This document shows, in pieces, positions 11,632 to 26,600 of a DNA stretch of 64,000 nucleotides (position 1 is the first letter of the stretch; the number at the start of each line of letters is the position of its first letter). Location: NCBI RefSeq assembly GCF_963921235.1, contig NC_086108.1, forward strand, positions 41,976,001-42,040,000. The letters are read 5' to 3'. Under the pieces are notes generated by a model. It searched no databases. It worked only from the letters and a program-made list of their open reading frames with translations, and was not told where the DNA came from. The translations under genes were made by a program, and so were the position numbers. This DNA is from Mobula hypostoma (lineage: Eukaryota).

Positions 11632-14600
11632 CTGCAACAGAATGAAGAAAATCACACACCACATGGTCTTGTGGTCACAGATCAAACCACAACTCCTGCT
11701 TCATGCAGGCAACTCAGCGTCAGTGACAAAAAAAAAATCATTATTTAAAGCAATTATAGTCATTCTGCATGCTATGTTGTTCCCAGAGAATCCCAGTCGT
11801 GTCATTACCCAACATGAATCCATGAAGGGGTAAACTCAAGAACAGAGAAATAATGACAAAATGTGGACACTGCATTTTTTCTAAAAAGTCAATTACTTAA
11901 GGATCCTAAGAAAAATGCAAGCCTGAATCACTAATCTGCTTTTGTTTTTCCAAACCCAGCATTTACAGTACTGTGGTCTGCTTTTTACGTAGGGCGAAAA
12001 GTTTACATCTTCTGAAGAGAAATACCAAGGCAATTCAATACCACCCCTTGAGCACCATCATTTACACAACGTTTCTTACCTTATCTGATCGTAGGCTTGC
12101 TCCATCGGACTGCTGTTAACAGCAAGCATGATGGCACGCCGTTTAGCTGTTGACATGGTGATCAGCACAACTCGTGTAAGCACAAACATGTTCACCTGCA
12201 CAACAATAACACAATGTATTTGGCAGCAAAGCCAGGAAAAAGTCAAGCCTCATGCCAAATGTAATTTAGGGGTAACCGGTTAAAGCTAAATACATGAACT
12301 GCAAAATTATATTTAGAGTTTTACACAAATAAACTTTCAGAAGATGAGTAGTTGTGTCATAACCAGGCTCATTATGGATCTGAGGGTATTCTATTTTCTC
12401 AACTCCAGCCAGCAAAGCCTGACAAACAATCACTTTGTCCCAAGAGAGTTACAGATAACTAAGAGAGTTGGTGTTTATTGTAAGCGGTGATAGGAACACC
12501 ACTACCAGAGACCGCATGAGTGATTAAAGCTAAGGATAAGGTGTCATGGTAGAGGGTAACAGAGAATTTTTTGAAATTATTTCTTTGATAAGTTTGCTGG
12601 ATCAACATTACCCCAATCAAAGGGAATAAACCTGCTTCTGTGACACAGAAAAAGAGGTTCTGCAGTAGGATTGTCAATGGACAAAGATAAAAGAAACTGC
12701 AGGTGCAGAATCTGGAGTAAATCAGTGGATCAAGCAGCAACTGTGGAGGGCTTTAACCCAAAATGTTGACTTACATCTTTTGCCTCCACAGATGCTGTTT
12801 GATCCTCTGAGTTCTTCCAACTTTGTTTATTGCTCCTGTCAATTATCTTTGGATAGGATGTTCCCATCTTCAACAATAAGTGACTGAATATGATGAATCC
12901 AATCCCCTTTCTAGAATTTAAGTATGCATTTTCAGTATAATACTAATAGATTTGCTAATTTCACAGAGAGGATTTGAAAGAGCTGCCCTGCTAATTCAGA
13001 GCTCAATAAGGGTTCGATGCTCTTTTCAGAGGCTTACCATAATAATGAAGATCACTGGCCCAACAAAGGCCCAGATTACTCCATTGTGGACATTCAGCCA
13101 GCAGTACCGATCGGCAATGTACTTGTCGTGCGCTGCTGCCAGTGTGATAGTTACTATAAGAACCGGAATACCTAAAATCAAAATGCAAAATATTACAACT
13201 TAATGGTAGGTTTGAACAAATTTGAAAAACTGATGAAAACCAATGGATTGTCACAGGATGCTGATAGAGTCCCACAAATTGAAATTTCTGCACTTTCCCA
13301 ACGTGTAAACATAACCTGTTAGTTTAAATTACAAAAGCAAAAAAAAACACTGGATTAAATCACATCCATGGATTTCATCAAGTCTGTATCCAAATTTACT
13401 TCTCATATATTCTCTAACAGAAGAAAATATATACTTCAATTCCATTAAGGACCCTTTAGGAACGGACTTGGCCATATTTTGTAGAATCAAACAATAAAGA
13501 AACAGGCCCTTCAGCCCACCTATTCAATGTTAGCAGTTTTCGCTATCTACGCCGTCCAATTTGCCTATATTAGGCCTCAGTACCTCCATATCTTTCCTAC
13601 CCAAGTGCCTTTTTGTCATTGGTACTTTATACTTCATACTTTATTGTCGCAAAACAATTGGTACTAGAATGTACAATCATCACAGCGATATTTGATTCTG
13701 CGCTTCACACTCCCTGGATTACAAATATTAAATATTAAAAATAGTTAAAATTAGTAAATATTTAAAATTTAAGTTATAAATCATAAATAGAAAATAGAAA
13801 AAGGGAAAGTAAGGTAGTGTATATAGCTTCACTACATAATCTGGAAACTCATTCAGTTAACGAGCAAGTTCATTCAGATAACCAGCATCCTATGTGTGAG
13901 AAACCTAACCTTCCAATCTCCTTTTGACTTCTCCCCTCTTATCCTAAACCTGTGTCCTTTAGTTTTAGACACCTCTGCCTGGGGAAAAATAGAATTTGAT
14001 TGTCTATATGCCAATGAAAGCAGGATTTCCCAGTAGGCACACATTTCAGTTTGGCTTCCCATTCCCATCCCGACCCTGACACGTTGGTCCGTGGCCTCCT
14101 CACTATTACGATGAGGTCACTGTCAGGTTGGAGGAGCAACACCTCATTTTCTGGCTGGGTAGCCTCCAACCTGATGGCATGAACACTGATTTCTCTAACC
14201 TCTGGGAATTTCTCTCCCCCTCCCCCTCCACCCCTCCCTTTTTCCATTCCCATTGTTGTTCCCCTTTTACCTCTTCTCTTCTCTTCACCTGCTCATCAGC
14301 TCCCTCTGGTACCCCTCTTTCCTCCATGCTCCATTATCTCCTCCTATCAGATTCCTTCTTCCTCAGCCTTTCACCTCTTCCTCCTATCATCTCCCAGTTT
14401 CTTACTTCATCCCTCCTCCTCCACCATATTATTCTGACTTCCTCCCCCATTTCCAGTTCTGATGAAGGGTCTTGGCTCAAAATATTGACGGATTATTCAA
14501 CTCCATTGATAATGCCGGACATGCTAAGTTCCTCCAGCACTTGGTGTGTTTTGCTCAAGATTTCCAGCATCTGCAGAATCTTGTCTGTTAATGATTTCAT

Positions 14601-17600
14601 ACCCCTCATAATTTTATAACCTTCAATGAGATGTACATTTCTGTAATAGCTCTTGCAAATCTCACACAATCTGTTCCAACTGAATAAAGGCCCAGTTGCA
14701 TAAGTTTTAGTGTCAGCCCTCATCCTGAAGTTCTCAGTCCAATTCTTAATAAGATGTGGTTCAGTTATTTTCCCCCAAAGGAGTTCATCAATAAGAGTTG
14801 GACTACTTTTACTCAGAATATATTTCACAAACTCTGCATGCACTGTCCCATACAACTCGAGGAGTGTCATCCATTTTCCCTTCTAGACATCCAAGCAGTC
14901 TCTCCAGATAAAGCAGCAATCTCGTGTACTTCTTCCAATCTCATCTAGTGCATTCACTGTTCACAATGTGGTTTCCTCTATTGTGGAGAAGCCAAATGCT
15001 GACTGGGGGATCAATTTGTGGAGAAGCTGTGTTCACTTTGGAAGAATGCCCCTCCATTTCCCTGTCATTTTAATTCACTGTGCCTCGCTTTATTCTGACC
15101 TATTTGTGGTTCCTACACTGTTAGGGAAAGTTCCAACACAAGTTTGAGGATCAACACTTCACATTCTATCTGGGCATATTGCAGTCTTCTGTATCAAAAT
15201 CTCCAACTACAGTTCACTCACTCTTTCTTTCTGTCTGAAATGGCCACTTCTGCCTGTCATCATTATTTCTTCTTGTCTCCCAGCCTAACTATTGACAACA
15301 TATAACACAAAGAAACATAGTAGGCTTCTAACTGTTACATTAACTCATTACGATTCACCCAATTAGAAGAATGCTTGTCCTAAAGCACATCTAGGAAACT
15401 CTCAGTTTTAACCTGCATGCAGCTGGCTACAGATCTAACAATGGTGAATTTATCACACGAACTAACTGGTTAATTAACTAAGCAACACACATCAAAGTTG
15501 CTGGTGAACGCAGCAGGCCAGGCAGCATCTATAGGAAGAGGCGCAGTCGACGTTTCAGGCCGAGACCCGAAGCCTCTTCCTATAGATGCTGCCTGGCCTG
15601 CTGCGTTCACCAGCAACTTTGATGTGTGTTGCTTGAATTTCCAGCGTCTGCAGAATTCCTGTTGTTTGCGGTTAATTAACTAAACTTTGTTTACTTTTCC
15701 GTTATAATGTCCCTTTAAGCTCCTGACTTAAAACCATTTTCTTTCTGTTATATACAGTAGCTAAATCATGTGCATGCTATCAAATATTTGGAAGAACGTA
15801 TCAACAGATTGGCAGCACCAAAATATTTGTTTCCCTGCTATGTAATTATAGGAAGATTGAATAGTATTTTTGGCACCGAGCAAGGTTATGTCTGTCTTGC
15901 ATGACCAACACACGATTCTAATAGCATTAGGAATGCTAGCAATCTATGGCACAATGTCTACTGTATGTGGGCACACTCACGTTACATCACACCCGATTAT
16001 TATGCATTTTGTGAACTGTTAGAACAGCCTGTCTGAATAACTAGAAATATGCTTATAAATTCCTCCTTGTTTAGGCTAGGACATCATTACTCCACTTGCC
16101 GTGAACGTGTTCAGGTAAAAACAAAGTGTAGCCAAGTGCATATTCTCTCAATTCACTGGACTTTCATAGAACCACTAAGGGATATTTAAAATCCATTGTT
16201 CTTACAATACAAATTATAAGTAAGAAAACATAGTAGTGTACATGCTACGAATATATATATATAGTGATATATATTTACTTTAAACTTTAACATTTATGTC
16301 CCAATGGTTACATCCTCTTGTACTCTTTAAATTTGGACACTGAGACTTCAGTTGTCAGTGTTAAGCGGAAGTTAAAATCAAACTTGCCAAATAATTTTAA
16401 ATAAGCTGAATACTACAAACCATAGTTCACATTTTACATAAATTGGGCATTTATAAAACAGCATCATTTATTTCAACAATATACAAGTGCAGTATTAACA
16501 ACCCAAGTTGGGAATCTATACTCTCCTGATCAAAATACTATAGTTCTCAAGTAACCTACCCCATCCAATAAGGTAGTAATATTTCATTCTCCGTTCCTCA
16601 CTCAAATTGACAGTTACTACTTTACTCCAGAGAAGCAGCCCCTCCACCATCATCCACGCAAAAGCGGCCATAAAGAATAAATGCAGGAGCGCAGTAACAG
16701 CGGTGCAGGCAGTCTAGAAAAAGATGCAACAGATTACTTTTCTCATTAGTATTTTGACACATTAATTGTCACATTATCAATCTAGGGCAATGTGTGTTGT
16801 GTAAATGTCAGCTGATCATGTCTAGGCAACAAATACAAAATGCTGGAGGAACTCAGCAGGTCAGGCAGCATCGACGGAAAGGAATAAACAGTCAGCGTTT
16901 CAAGCCAAAACCCTTCACCGTTTATTCCTTGCCATAGATGCTGCCTGTCCTGCTGGGTTTCTCCAGCTCTGGATACCCAGCATCTGCAGAAAGTCTTGCG
17001 TTTGTGAGCTGATCACGTCAGGCTTGACTATGTACTGCCCCACTGCTAAGCTGTCATGATGGTGCTCACTAACTGGACTCATTTACAATAAAATTACATA
17101 AGTTGGTCTGTAGGATCAGTGGAGCTCCCAGTCCACAGCTCTGCACAGGTCCACAGTGCATTACTCTACATTGCTTGGAGATCCAGGAAAAGGCAGCAAG
17201 GGGAGGAAATGCAATCACAATTTCACCCCCCCCCCAAACAAACTACACCAGCCCAACAAACCCTCCAACTTATTAACACCCATAAATAAGAAAAATTTTA
17301 ATAAAATTCAGGAGGGAAGTTCAACCGAACTCCTACCTGCTCACGAAAGTGGATATAAAAGATCCCATGGCACTATTTCAAAGATCACCCAACATCATTA
17401 AAATCAGAGGTTATCATGAGCACATTGTTGTCTAAGACAGTATTGTGCACAAATTACCTGCTGCATTTCCTGCATTAAAATAATGACTACACTTCAAAGG
17501 AGTACTTTACTGGGCTACAGAGCACACACTATGCAAATGCAAGTTGTTCTTTGATTACTTACAGCACTAAAAATGTACTTGTTAGAATTTCCTTGTTAGA

Positions 17601-20600
17601 ATACTTTGCCATTCAGTCATGATCATGGTTAAGAGTTGTTACCCTGCCGCTGCCTAAAAGGAGTTTGTACATTCCCTCCTCCGAGTACTCCGGTCTCCTA
17701 CACAGTCCAGAGGCATACCAGTTGGTAGGTTCATTCAGGGGTGCAGTGCTAGCCGGAGCACACCAGAGCACGTCTTTAAGAAAAAAGCCGAAATAAACAA
17801 GCTAATTAATTAGGTGCCGCCCAGGGTGATTTGAGTATCTCAGAAACTGCTGATCTCCTGGGATTTTTACACACAACAGACTCTGGAGTTTACAAAGAAT
17901 GGTGCCAAAGACAAAAAAACATCTGGCGAGTGGTTGTTCTGTGAGCGAAAACATCTTGTTAAATCCACTCACTGGATGATTTTTTTTTGTTTTTGGCACC
18001 ATTCTCTGTTATCTCCAGAGTCTGATGTGCGTAAAAATCCCAGGAGATCATCAGTTTCTGAGATACTCAAATCACCCTGGGCAGTACCTAATTAACTAGC
18101 TTGTTTATTTCGGTTTTTTTCTTAAAGATGTGCTGGACGCGCTCTGCTGCGCTCCAGCTAGCACTGCACCCCAGGTTCATTGGTCATTGTAAATTGTCCT
18201 GTGACTAGGCTAGGATTAAATGGGGGATTGCTAGGCAGCACGGCTCAAAGGGCCGGAAGGGCCTCTTCCACACTGGATCTCAATAAATAAATAACAAGAG
18301 CTGCTCCGGTAAGATGGCCGCACGTTTGGATGCAGCAGCCTCTCTGGGGCTGACCAAGGGTGTTTTTGTCTTCTTTAAGTGCCTTTTTTTATGATCACAA
18401 GACAACGGGGACACTAAGAACTTCAAGTTCTGCAGGAATACCCCAACGGAGAGCTGCTTGTTTGCGGGGAAGCTAGAGGAGTTGGACTTGGTGCAGGCCT
18501 GCTACAGAAAAGTGTTGTAGTCAGTGCGTGAAGGCAGTGTGCCCTCTAATAGCGAGTGATTTTCTTAGATGTTTCACTTGTGATCACAAGACCCTGTTGG
18601 ACATTGGTAATGTAAAATACTCCAAGTTCTTTTCCCTTGTTTATTGGGGGAACTATGTGAGCTTGATTGTAGAGAGGACCAGACCTCGTCATGAGCTTGC
18701 CTGTCATGGCAGTCCAGGAGAGGAAATGCCAGAGGTCATGTAGCCTGGCATCTATGCTGTATACATTTACCGTTAACTTATATGTGCTATACTTGTGTTG
18801 TGCTATGTGTTACACCTTGGCCCCGGAGGAACATTGTTTCATTTGACTGTATTTATGGGTATTCATGTGTAGTTGAATAATTAAACTTAAACTTGAATTT
18901 AACTTAGGTGTCAATGTTCAAGATAAATTGATTCACAGAGCAAAGCAAAAGTATGATAGACTTTGATCAGAATATTGCTGATCGCAATCTCCAAATGATA
19001 TCCCTTGTCTTAATAGAGGTACATGAAAATATTCTTTATTTATTCATTTATTTTTAATTAGAGATACACCACTGTAAAAGGTTCTTCTGATCCATTGAGC
19101 CTGTGTCACCCAGTTACACTCACGTGACCAATTAGCATCAACACATGCGTCTATTGGGATGTGGGATGGAACCAGAGCGCCCGGAGAAAGCCCAGCAGTA
19201 ACAAGGAGGACATACAAACACCTTACAGACACCGGTGGGAGTTCAGCCTGGGTCACAGGCACTGTATTACTGTTATACTGATGACTACATTACATTTAAT
19301 GTTTATTCTCAAAAGTACTGTGCCAGAGAGCATAATATTCCAGATCTCTCTCTCTCTATTAATAACAGTACAATGCTGCTCAACCATCTAAATAGCTCAA
19401 TTATTTTTATCATATGTACAATAGATACTGCTGACATGCTTAAACATTAAAGGCATTCTAGTAAGACAAGCTGCTGTATCACAGAGGCTCAGCATACCTC
19501 ATTGTCTGTTGCCGAGTTGCTACTCAGTAACACTACCTGTGCTGCAATCAGAGCCACAAACAAGTTTTTGTGAATGGAGGTTCGATCAGATTTTGGAATA
19601 CTAGAGATTTAAAACAGAAAGAGAAATTACTCTTATTTGACATTTATGCTACCTGAAGGAAGGTGTTCACCTGATGACTGTGATTGGGATCGTATAATGC
19701 AACGGGAACACTCCCACATCGTACCACAAAACAAAAAACTTCTGTGTAGCAGGAATTAATAGCATATGCACTGTAAAATACTTACTCCAGTACAGTGAAA
19801 AGAATCAAGGTCACCAATAGGGCACACAGGGAGGCTCCAGATCCGATGAACGTCAGTTTATTTAAAATCATCTCCGTTTCCACGCCCCACTGCACAGAAC
19901 AATACAATGTTCTAGAAACTATTGAGTTAATACAATACAGCAGACACCAATTTAGAGTTGTTGCCTACTCCATATAATTCATACTAAAGATAAATCCATA
20001 GAGAACATCTATTTTATCTTTTAATACCCGTGCCCTTTCATCACAATTGTATCCCATGGTTGTTGGGAGAATGGAACCAAGTGAGGAAAAGCAGAGCTCT
20101 TTGTCTCACTGATCCCCTCATGGTTCACACTCTGTCCAAGTCTTGCCAAAGCATAATCACACTTTGCTGGTTTAACCTAAACCTAAAAGACAATCGATCT
20201 TCAGAGAATTCTACGGTGTGTGCCTGTCTCCCTGTCTCAGTGTGTCTGTGTTTGTGACTGTGTGTGATATGCAAATAGTAGCAAAAATACAATGTGACAC
20301 AATTGAAAAAGAATTGAAGGTAACAAATAATTCGGGACACTTGCTCAAAACATTTGTGCTGATAAATTTTGTGGTGTAATTTTCAAACACTTTTATAATA
20401 ATCAATGCAATCGGGTAGATAAATTTGTGTTGTGATCATAATTTATCTATATTCTTGGTTCAACCTTCATTTAACGTGGGAAATGCTGCTTTTCACAAAG
20501 TAACAGCCGCTATTAATCACATTTGCTATGTTCAGTCGCAACATGTCACACACAAAATATTCTTTATTGACCTGTGGGAGGTATGTCTAATTGAAGTTAG

Positions 20601-23600
20601 ACTAGTTTTCCAGGAGTTATGCTGCATTTTCAGAAAGGCTTTGTTGGTCCAGCATAGCAAGTGTTCCACAGGCATTGATACATGAACACAAAGCTCTGTA
20701 TTGTTCCCAAAGTGTATAATCTTTCCCAAACCATTCAATCATGCATAAATCTCAATTTCTTAGGTCACCCTGCATGATATGGACTGATTAATGCCATTTT
20801 CATTATGGGTGAGAAAAAAAGTGATCAAAGTTCCCACACATCAGTCAAATACGTATGCCAGAATGGAAAAATTCTCTATCTTTGAATGGAATGAAAATTC
20901 CTCACCTACTCACAACCCTACCTGTATCTCGGTGTACTGCATCAACACAGCAAAGTTAGTTGTATGGCTACAAAAGCAGACTGTGATTTCCGACTCAAAC
21001 TGGACCACTTGGCAACCCTGGCTTGACCATCCGGCATAACGTCCATCTCTGAAATAAGCATAATACAATATCCACTCTCTATAAAAATAGAATTTTCAGA
21101 GACAGATATCTTATCAAATTAGTAGCTAACTACAAATCAGATTTATATTGAAAAGGCATCTCAGTCATACAACCAAGAACCAGGCCCTTTATGTCCATGC
21201 TACTGACTCATCTATACAAATCCCATTACAAGCACGCAGTCTATAGCCTTCTGCGCCATAACAACTTTAAGTGCTTATCCAGATACATTTTCTAATGCTG
21301 AACACCCTGAATTAACTAACACATAATAGTATACCTGCACCTTTTAATTAAGCTAATAAATTAACCAACATGTGAGAGAATCAAGAGGGTCACTGATTTT
21401 ATCTTCTCAATACTAAGTTATTCAGCTTTGAAGTAATGGGTTCAACTAATTTGTTGCATTAACAATGCAGCCACAGAGTGGTGCAGCCAGTAAAGTCATT
21501 GCCTCACAGTTGTAGTGACCCGGTAATGCCTGCACAGAGTTTAAACATTCCCTGAGTTGGCTTGTATTTCCTCGGAATTATCCAGTTTCCTCCCTTATCC
21601 CAAAGACCTACAGATTGTAGGTAAGTTTGACATCGTACATTTCCCTAGTGTGTGGGAATATGGTATAAGCTGCTGGGAGCTGATGGGAACTTCGAGTGAA
21701 TGACGTGTGACCAGTACAATTGGGTGGTTGGCACAGAGAAAGTGGAGTGGACAATTCACTGACTATTGGACAAGGTGAAAAGTCATGCTTGGTTCCTTCT
21801 CTTCAACGTCCAGTAGACCAGTTTGATCGGAGTGGTATTCATTCCATTACTTGCTGATTACAAGGGAAAAGTCAGTAGGAAAATCTAATTTATTCTCATG
21901 TCAATCTATTTGGAGACAGGAGTAAATACAGAAAGTGCAATCAGAATCAGAATCAGATTAATTATCACTTTTGTAGGACGTGAAATTTGTTGTTTTGTCG
22001 CAGCAACACAGGGCAAAGACAAAAATCTATAAATTTAAAAAATAAATATTGTAAAACAAAAGGAATTACGAAGTGGTGTTCGTGGACTATTCAGAAAGCC
22101 GATGATGGAGCGCAGGAAGCTGTCCCCAGATCATTGAGGGTGGGTCTTCAGGTCCTGTACTTCCTCTCTGAAAGTAATACTGAGAAGAGGGCACACCCAG
22201 GGTACTGAGAGTCCTTAATAATGGAGATGGATGCCACATTCTTGAAATACAGCCTCTTGAAGCTGTCTTCATTGGTGGAGAGGAGCTGGCCAAGTCTGTA
22301 AGACTCTGCAGCCCCTTGCAATCTTGTGTATTGGAGGCTCCATGCCAGTCAAAGTGCTCTCCATTGTGCAGCTATACAAATTTGCCAGAGTATTTACCAA
22401 ACCTTCTCAAACGCTTAACAAATTAGAGCCACTGCCATCCCCTCTTCCTGATTGTATCAATGTGTTAAGCCCAGGATGGATCGTCTGAAATATTGATGCA
22501 CAGGACCTTCAAGCTGCTCACCAATGGCCCCACAATGAGGACGGGTGTGTGATCTCCCAGCTTCCCCTTCCTGAAGTCCACAATCAATTTCCTGCTCTTG
22601 CTAGCACTGAATGACTTTTATTGTGATTCCCTTAATACAAGTAAGCTCTTGACAACTTGCTATCCTGCTTACTTGGGGAAGCACTTTTTGGAGCATTAAT
22701 CATTGACTGAATTAGATTGAATACATTTCATCACCAACTGCAAAGCACAGGAATAATGCAGAACCTGATGGGCACCTATTCTTGTTAAGTGTTCACAGAA
22801 TGCAGTAGTCTGCTCTGAATAAATATGTTGTACTTACTGAAGACTGAAATTCCAAAATACACATGCTGGAATGGCAAATTTAGAAAATCCAACCTTAAAA
22901 TGAGGAAAACACAAACAGTTACTCAAATTGGCCAAAATGAGCACTAGATATCATTCATATTGTTTAAAACAAAATAACTCCAACATATCTGAACATTCAA
23001 GTATGTTTTCAATGAGATTCTATTTATTTACTTTATGATTCTAAAATATGTTACCCATTGGTTATAATTCTATAATTGATGTTTCAAAAGGCTATCTTTT
23101 ACAATAATAAAAGTATATGCAGATTGAATACCCCTCAACTGAATTTCTAAAATCCAAAAACTGCACAAATCCAAAATATTTTGAATGATGACATGACTTC
23201 ATAAATGGAAAATTCCACAAGATGCTAGGTAGATTCCCAGGCCTTGCACAGGTCTCCACATAGCACAGACAGTTCTAAGCAGTGAGCTCATATATGTAAT
23301 AAACAGAAGTTAATGATAAATAGAAAAACACGGCATAAAGCAAGAAATGAAGATCTTGCTCATGCATCGATAAAATGAATCTATCAGCATCGAAGTAAAC
23401 ATATACTGCTTAATGGTATACTGATCACGGAACAAGCAAAGATCTATCACAATGAACTGAAAATTGAAAGTAGTTCTGAATATTTAGAAGGCTGGTTGCA
23501 AAAATTTAAGAAAAGGCACAGCACTAAATTCTTAAAAATTTTAAAGGTAGAGCATCTGATGATTATGAAGCAGCAGAAATTCATTGATAAGTTTGCAAAG

Positions 23601-26600
23601 ATCGTCACTGATGAAAATCTAACACCAGAGCAAGTCTATAATGCTGATTATTTTTATACCTTACATAAAACCACAAAAAAAAGTAAAATACAAATACAGT
23701 GTAATGTAACCTTTAATCAAAACATGGCATTGTAGCTAAGACTGAAAGCCTGCCGTTATTTGTTGTCACTCAACAGCTGTTTCAGGTATTCTCCTGATGC
23801 TGCTGTGCTGCTTTTGCCCTGCACACATTATATTGGTGATCTGTAATCATTTTTACAGTCAATTGCACATGTGAAAAGAACATATGTAAGACTTTCCAGT
23901 AGCACGTAAATTCAGAGTCAGAAATGATGCTGATCCAAAACTGTCTCATTATATACACCAAATCCAAAAAGAATCTGAAATCCAAAACACTTCTGGCCCT
24001 GAGCACTTCGGATAAGGGGCACTGAACCTGTACTTGTTATAATATTTCAGGCTTCACTTTAATTTCATGTATGTGCTCCCACTCACTGCTTGACTCCCTA
24101 TTAAAAACTACACTCTTCGCTCCTTCCTTCTGGGCACTAACTTAATTATGATTGTGCATATGCATCTATATATACAGTATGGGGTAGCAGGAGTAAAGGG
24201 TTGGAATGGAGCTGCCTGTGCCTCAGAATGCCTGCTAGTACCCTTGTCCCTCCACTTTCACCCACATTGCAGACATCATTGAATTCACCTGAGTAATAAA
24301 AGAATGCAATCAAAAATGCTGCTATGGTAATCTGTCAAAACAGTAAGATTATTAATCTAGTTCAAAATCAAGTAATATTAAGTTTAAGGAGTATTCTCAA
24401 TCTGCTTACCACAGCTCTGTGCGAGAGAGAGTACTGCACAGCAGTGGGAATGTTTCTCCCTCGGACTGGATCACGAACAGTTGACGAGATAACAGCCGTT
24501 TGTAGCTGGCTTGCTTGCAAATTAGAATCGTAATATATCAAGTTGTATCGGTTGTTTTCACTGCAAAAATTACAGAGGTTGGCCCGTGAAATTCTTTGCA
24601 TTCTGAATTTACAATGTAAGAAATAATATTTATCCAGTGTCTCAATTGGGCTGCATTTAGAGTCAGTCAGAATCAGGTTTAATATCACTCACATGTCATG
24701 AAATTTATTGTTTTGTGGCAGCAGTGGCAGTACAGTGCAATACATAAAAAAAACCTATAACTTACAGTAAGAAATATATATTTAAATTAAGTAATGCAAT
24801 AAGAAAGCAAAACAAAAGTGAATTAGTGTTCTTGGGTTGGTTCATTGTCGGTTCAGAAATCTGAGGGCAAGGGAAAGAAGCTGTTCCTAAAATGTTGAGT
24901 GTGTGTCTTCAGGCTCCTGTACCTCCTCTCTGATGGTAGCAATGAGAAGAGGGCATGTTCTGGGTGAGGGGGGTTCTTAATGATGGATGCCACCTTTTTG
25001 AGGCATCAGCTTTTGAAGATGTTCCTGATTCTGGGGAGGCTGGTGCCCATGATGGAGCTGACTGAGTTTGCAGCCTTCTGCCAGTTTTTCCGATCCTGTG
25101 CAGTGGCCCCTGCATACCAGACAGTGATGTAACCAGTTAGTATCCGCTCCATGGTACATCTGTAGAAAGTTGCTAGAGTCTTTGGTAACATACTAAATCT
25201 CCTCAAACTCTGAATGAAATATGGCCACTGTCCTGCCTTCCTTGTAAATGCATCAGTATGTTGGGCACAGGATAGAGTTTCAGAGCCATGGACACCCAGG
25301 AACTCGAAACTGCTCACCTTTTCCACTGCTGACTCTTGATGAGAACTGGTGTTTGTTCCTTCGACTTTCCCTTCCTGAAGTTCACAATCAATCCCTTAGA
25401 CTTACTGAGGTTGAGTGCAGGTTTATTGTTGCAACAATACTCATTGAGCTGATCTACCTCACTCCTGTACGTCTCCTCGTCACCGTCGGAAATGCTGCCA
25501 GCAATTGCGTCATCAGCAAATTTATACATGGCGTTTGAGCTGCGCCTAGCCACACAGTCGTGGGTGTAAAATGGGTAGAGCAGTGGGCTAAGCATGCAGT
25601 TTTGAAGTGCACTAGTGTTGACTGACAGCAAGGAGGTGATATTATTTCTGATCTACACTGATTGTAGTCTCCTGATGAGGAAGTCAAGGATCCAGTTGCA
25701 GAGAGAGGTAAAGGGGTCCAGGTTTTGACGTTTTTGATTAGTGCTGAGGGTATGATGGTGTTGAATGCTGAGCTGCCTAACATAGGTATTGCCGTTGTCC
25801 TGTTGGTCCAAGGCCAAGTGGAAAACCAGTGAGACTGCATCTGTTGTAGGACTATTGTGGCAATAGACAAATTGCAGTTGGTCCAGGTCCTTGCTTAGGC
25901 GGGAGTTGATTCTAGCCATAACCAACCTCTCAAAGCTCTTCATCACAGCTGTTATTGTAGTAATCAAAAGTTAAAGGTAGATTTTTTTCAGTTTATTTTT
26001 TGTTTCCTTCTTTATAATTGCACCCTTACAGCAGTAGGGATGCTGGGCAGAATCCCTGGCAACTTCACCTGCAAGAAGTGCACTCCACATTACAGAGCTG
26101 GAGCTGGAAATGGATGAACTCCGGATCATTTGGGAGGCTAAAGGGGTGGTAGACAAGACATAGATAGAGGTACTTACATCCAAGGTGCAGGACACAGGAA
26201 ACTGGGTGAGAGTCAGGAAAGTGAAAGGGGTTAAACGGCCAGAGCAGAGTACCCCTGTGGGGCCATCCCCCACAACAACAGGTACACTATTTTGGATACT
26301 CTTGTGTGTTGGGGGAGTGGGAAATGACCCAGCAGAGGAAAGTCACAGCGGTCAGAACTCCAGCACCTAGTCTGTCTCCGTGGCTCAGCAGGTAAGGGAA
26401 GGAAGAAGAGAAGAGCTGTGGTGATAGGGGGACAGAAAGCAGGTTCTGTGAACGATAACAAGATTCCTGGATGGTACGTTGCCTCCCGAGTGCCAGGGTC
26501 TGGGACGTCTCAGATTGAGTCCTCAGTATTCTTAAGTGGGAGGGTGAGCAGCCGGAGATCAAGAGCCATACAGGTACCAATGACATCAGTAGGAAGAGAG

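Noticed and set aside
19805..19813. NR5A/SF-1-type site TCAAGGTCA
   Set aside because: Lies inside the TM1 coding exon and is explained by codons.
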